Below are positions 37,116 through 40,863 of a stretch of DNA of 40,863 bases, piece by piece. The DNA is from Candidatus Ilumatobacter herschelensis (GTDB lineage: Bacteria > Actinomycetota > Acidimicrobiia > Acidimicrobiales > Ilumatobacteraceae): the NCBI GenBank assembly GCA_963926495.1, contig CAWUXP010000046.1:1-40863 (forward strand). Reading direction: 5' to 3'. Under the pieces are notes generated by a model. That model was not told the origin of the DNA, searched no databases, and was given only the letters and a program-made list of their open reading frames with translations. The position numbers and the translations under genes were made by a program. Each line of letters opens with the position of its first letter. The first letter of the stretch is position 1.

Positions 37116-38750
37116 CTACTCTGCAAGGGCGAGGAGCAAACGGTTGAGTTCGGCAGGGTCGAGGTCGACCGCTTCGCCGTAGAGCTTGACTTTCGGCTCC
37201 GTGCCGCTCGGCCTGATCTGGAGGCGCGTGCCGCCCTCCAGCACGAGGCGCACCAGGTTCGCTTCGGGGTACGACGAAACTGATTCGACAGCTACTCCAC
37301 CCACTGCTGTCGGCGGGTCTGCTTCGACCCGGCGCACCCAGGCAGCGCCATCGGTCGGCGGCATCCGGACAGACAACTCGGCGGTCTCGTAACGGCCGTA
37401 CTGCACAGCGATAGCGTCGAGTCGGTCTTGGATCGTGAGGCCCTCGGCGGCGGCAACAGCTGCGATCTCGGCCATGAGAACTGCGGCGCTGATGCCATCT
37501 TTATCAAGCGGTCGACCCGCAACGAGGTACCCGAGGGCTTGCTCGTAGCCGAATACCAATCGCTGACCCAACGCCGCACGCTCGGTAGCGATTTTGCCAA
37601 TCCACTTAAACCCAGTGAATGTCTCCGCGCTATGTACACCGTGCGTCTCGGCCATACGGGCCAACAGCGACGACGACACCAGCGTGGTGACGACAAGGCG
37701 ATCATCACCTTCGGTGTGGCCCAAGATATGGTCGGCAAAGAGCCAACCGATCTCGTCGCCGCTGAGCTTGCGCCACGAGTGATTGCCGGCAGGCGAGCTG
37801 GCCCGCGTGTCAGGGATTGCTGCGCCGAGACGGTCGGCGTCAGGGTCGTTAGCGAGTGCTATTGCGACGCCGTTCAGCTCGGCCACAGCGAGCAGCAAGT
37901 CCATTGCGCCGGGCTCTTCGGGGTTCGGGAACGACACCGTTGGGAACGTGCCGTCTGGATCTTGCTGTTCGGCGACGACGAGCGGCACATCGAATCCGGC
38001 CGCCGCGAACGCAGCGGCAATCATGTCGCCCCCGACGCCGTGCATCGCCGTGTATGCGATTGCCACACCTGGGACATCGGGACGAAGGCGCACCGCTGGG
38101 ATATCGGCGAGGTAGGCGTCGTCCCACGACGTATCGAGCCAGTGAATGAGCGAGTGATCCTCCGGAGCAAGCTCAACCGTGAGCGGGTCGAACCGGTCGA
38201 TACGTGCCGCAATCTCATTATCGATCGGGTTGACGATCTGCGATCCAGTGTCCAGAAACACCTTGTAGCCGTTGTCTGCAGGCGGGTTGTGTGAAGCGGT
38301 GACCACCACGCCAGCTGCGGCGTTCAATCCGGTGATCGACCAGGCGAGTACCGGTGTCGGAGTCAGACCGGGGTGCAGCATTGCCTTGATACCCATTGCG
38401 GCAAGGACCCGTGCGGTGTCGACGGCGAAGACATCGCTCTTGCGACGAGCATCACGCCCGATCACGACGCCACGGTCGGCAGCGTCAGGCACTGAGTCGA
38501 GCAGCCATTGGCCAAGACCGGCAGCGGCCTGACGTACGACCAGCCGATTCATTCGCATCGGCCCAGCCGCCACCGCGGCTCGGAGGCCCGCCGTGCCGAA
38601 TTGCAGTCGACCAGCGAATCGGTCGGCGAGCTCAACGTCGTCACCCGCCTCGGCCAACGCGATCAGCGCATCGAGTTCGGTGCGGATGTCGTCATCAGGT
38701 TCAGCGTCGAGCCAGGCCCGGGAGGTTGTCAGCAGTTCGTTCTCAGCCAT
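37116..38750 (-). CDS. Alpha-D-phosphohexomutase family (PGM/PMM, possibly phosphopentomutase)
   Basis: FGTAGLR, TASHNP, DPDADR, TGFKWI, DKDG, RPSGTEPK. Confidence 0.92.
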   Translation of the reverse strand: MAENELLTTSRAWLDAEPDDDIRTELDALIALAEAGDDVELADRFAGRLQFGTAGLRAAVAAGPMRMNRLVVRQAAAGLGQWLLDSVPDAADRGVVIGRDARRKSDVFAVDTARVLAAMGIKAMLHPGLTPTPVLAWSITGLNAAAGVVVTASHNPPADNGYKVFLDTGSQIVNPIDNEIAARIDRFDPLTVELAPEDHSLIHWLDTSWDDAYLADIPAVRLRPDVPGVAIAYTAMHGVGGDMIAAAFAAAGFDVPLVVAEQQDPDGTFPTVSFPNPEEPGAMDLLLAVAELNGVAIALANDPDADRLGAAIPDTRASSPAGNHSWRKLSGDEIGWLFADHILGHTEGDDRLVVTTLVSSSLLARMAETHGVHSAETFTGFKWIGKIATERAALGQRLVFGYEQALGYLVAGRPLDKDGISAAVLMAEIAAVAAAEGLTIQDRLDAIAVQYGRYETAELSVRMPPTDGAAWVRRVEADPPTAVGGVAVESVSSYPEANLVRLVLEGGTRLQIRPSGTEPKVKLYGEAVDLDPAELNRLLLALAE

Positions 38751-39756
38751 CAGGCAACAGGGTACGCAACTCCACCAGCGGGCGAGGGCCCACGTGGGAG
38801 ATCACTTCGGCGGCAGCAATCGCACCAATCGTGCCGCACTCACGTAGTGGCTTGCCCGACGTGAGCCCGTGCAAGAAGCCTGCAGCAAACAGATCGCCGG
38901 CACCGGTGGTGTCGAGTACCCGTTCCACCGGAACGGCTGCTACTTCAATCAGTTCGTCGGCGGTCGCGATGACGCAGCCCGCTGCACCCTTGGTGATGAC
39001 AGCCAGTTGACACCGTTCGCGAACCGCGGCGATCGCCTCATCGAGCGAATCGGTCTCGTACAGCGACAAGAGTTCGTCATCGTTGCCGAAGAGGATGTCG
39101 ACACAATCCTCGACCAGGGCTCGGAAGTCGTCACGGTGGCGGTCGACGCAAAACGAATCGCTCAGCGTCAGCGAGACCTGTCGACCGTTGGCATGAGCGA
39201 CGTCGGCCGCATGCCGGAAGGCTGCTTTGGCGTCGTCGCGGTCGAACAGGTAACCCTCCATGTAGAGGACCTGGCCGCTGGCAATCGCTTCTTCGTCGAG
39301 ATCGTCGATGCAGAGCGAGCTGGACACGCCCAGGTAGGTGTTCATCGTCCGCTCGGCGTCGGGCGTGACCACGATGATGCAGCGACCGGTCGGCGTGTCG
39401 TGGTTGATACCGCCACCGGAGAATGGCACACCGACAGCGCGCATGTCGTGACCGAAGACGTCGCCGAGATCGTCGTGGTTGACCTTGCCGATGTAGCAGG
39501 CGGTGCCACCGAGACTGGCCACTCCGACCATCGTGTTCGCGGCCGAACCACCGCTCATCTCGACAGCAGTGCCGAGCGCTGCGTAGAGCTCCACGGCCCG
39601 CTCGGTCTCGATGAGGGTCATTGCACCCTTGTTGAGATCATGCTCGGCGAGGAAATCCTCGGAGGCGTGAGCAATCACGTCGACGAGCGCATTCCCGATT
39701 CCGACCACAGCGAATTTGGCCGGCTTGGCGGCACCTTGGGCAGTCATTTCAGACAC
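38743..39756 (-). CDS. PfkB-family carbohydrate/adenosine kinase
   Basis: GIGNALVD, GGSAANT, ERTMNTYLG, EGYLFD, DTTGAGDLFAAGF; start 39756 or 39747. Confidence 0.88.
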   Translation of the reverse strand: MSEMTAQGAAKPAKFAVVGIGNALVDVIAHASEDFLAEHDLNKGAMTLIETERAVELYAALGTAVEMSGGSAANTMVGVASLGGTACYIGKVNHDDLGDVFGHDMRAVGVPFSGGGINHDTPTGRCIIVVTPDAERTMNTYLGVSSSLCIDDLDEEAIASGQVLYMEGYLFDRDDAKAAFRHAADVAHANGRQVSLTLSDSFCVDRHRDDFRALVEDCVDILFGNDDELLSLYETDSLDEAIAAVRERCQLAVITKGAAGCVIATADELIEVAAVPVERVLDTTGAGDLFAAGFLHGLTSGKPLRECGTIGAIAAAEVISHVGPRPLVELRTLLPDG

Positions 39757-39790
39757 GGATGGCCACACTACCGCCAGTACCATCGCGACC

Positions 39791-40863
39791 ATGGCAGCCG
39801 ACTCTCACACTCCATCTGACCTCAGCTCCGACGCACCGTCTGCGGCGGCTGGGTCTGCCTGGCTCGACACGCTCGATCCGTATCGGCTCCCGGCAGGTGT
39901 GACCCCCAGTCGTTACGACATCCGGCTGCGGCCTGCACTCGACGATGCCACCTTCACCGGCAGCATCACGATTCAGCTCGACGTCGCCAACGCGACCGAC
40001 ACATTCGTCCTGAATGCCGCCGAACTCACCGTTGATGCGTGTTCGGTCAATGGCACTTCAGCAACTCCTGAGTTGGTCGAAGCAACCGACCGGTTGATCA
40101 TCCGTACAGCAGCGCCAATCGCCGAGGGTCCCGCAACGATGACGATCTCGTTTGCAGGCATCTTGAACGACAAACTGCGCGGCTTCTACCGGAGCACGTA
40201 CCACGACACCGATGGTGCTGAGCAGGTCATCGCCACCACCCAGATGCAGTCCACCGACTGCCGGCGCGCTTTTCCGTGTTGGGACGAACCCGAGTTCAAG
40301 GCCGTATTTGGGATCACGCTCGACATCGCTGCCGGGCTCGACGCCATCTCCAACGGCCCTGAGATTGAACGGGTCACCACGGAAGAAAACGACGCCGGTC
40401 GGCGAACGGTGATCCGCTTCGCCGACACGATGACCATGTCGACGTACCTGGTGGCGTTCATCGTCGGCCACCTCGAGATGACGGCACCGACCGACGCCAA
40501 CGGGTCGCCGATGCGCGTCGTGCACGTTCCGGGCAAGAGCCATCTCACCGACTTCGGCATGGACGTCGGCGTGTTCTGCTTGAAGTGGTTCGAGGAGTAC
40601 TACGGCATCCCGTACCCCAGTGACAAGGTCGACCTCGCTGGCCTTCCCGACTTCGCTGCAGGCGCCATGGAAAACCTCGGCTGCATCACATTCCGTGAGA
40701 GCCTGCTGCTCGTCGACCCCGCCACCTCGACACAGAACGAACAGCAGTTGGTCGTCGATGTTGTGGCACACGAACTGGCCCACATGTGGTTTGGTGACCT
40801 CGTCACGATGCGCTGGTGGAATGGCATCTGGTTGAACGAGGCATTCGCCACCTTCATGGAGAT
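39791..40863 (+). CDS. pepN: M1-family zinc aminopeptidase N (3' end beyond the window)
   Basis: Not in the ORF track because no stop occurs in the window. My translation gives YRLP, GFYRS, RRAFPCWDEP.FKA, MSTYL, GAMEN, HELAHMWFG..WLNEAFA. Confidence 0.93.
   Translation, partial: MAADSHTPSDLSSDAPSAAAGSAWLDTLDPYRLPAGVTPSRYDIRLRPALDDATFTGSITIQLDVANATDTFVLNAAELTVDACSVNGTSATPELVEATDRLIIRTAAPIAEGPATMTISFAGILNDKLRGFYRSTYHDTDGAEQVIATTQMQSTDCRRAFPCWDEPEFKAVFGITLDIAAGLDAISNGPEIERVTTEENDAGRRTVIRFADTMTMSTYLVAFIVGHLEMTAPTDANGSPMRVVHVPGKSHLTDFGMDVGVFCLKWFEEYYGIPYPSDKVDLAGLPDFAAGAMENLGCITFRESLLLVDPATSTQNEQQLVVDVVAHELAHMWFGDLVTMRWWNGIWLNEAFATFME

Noticed and set aside
1-40863. Prophage, IS, integron or defence island
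   Set aside because: No integrase, transposase, nuclease or phage structural motifs seen, and composition looks uniform apart from short AT-rich promoter regions.

Overview
High-GC bacterial chromosomal window with about 41 densely packed CDSs. Gene content and the many leaderless-type starts point to Actinomycetota, probably Acidimicrobiia/Ilumatobacter-like (inference). I saw no rRNA, tRNA, CRISPR array, integrase or transposase. Main blocks: (1) an MDR oxidoreductase, a DrrAB-type ABC exporter, an RCK K+ channel and a HAD hydrolase; (2) a form II (AYRGAGR) coxSLM molybdo-flavoenzyme whose accessory genes (coxD, coxE, split xdhC, mocA, coxG) are spread over about 15 kb among lipid, glycogen and cell-wall genes; (3) DUF501, a degenerate half-Ppx and a RimJ-like acetyltransferase; (4) MoxR plus a single-ORF DUF58/membrane/transglutaminase fusion; (5) a nucleoside salvage neighbourhood (BMP lipoprotein, queF, PHYHD1-like 2OG oxygenase, add, upp, phosphosugar mutase, PfkB kinase) containing an uncharacterised His-rich lipoprotein fused to a blue-copper domain; (6) pepN, cut off by the window edge. 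No single feature is demonstrably a new system. The best candidates are the PHYHD1-like/queF/nucleoside cluster, the cupredoxin-fused lipoprotein, the DUF58-transglutaminase fusion and the DUF501/half-Ppx pair. All family calls come from motifs recognised by eye, not from database searches.
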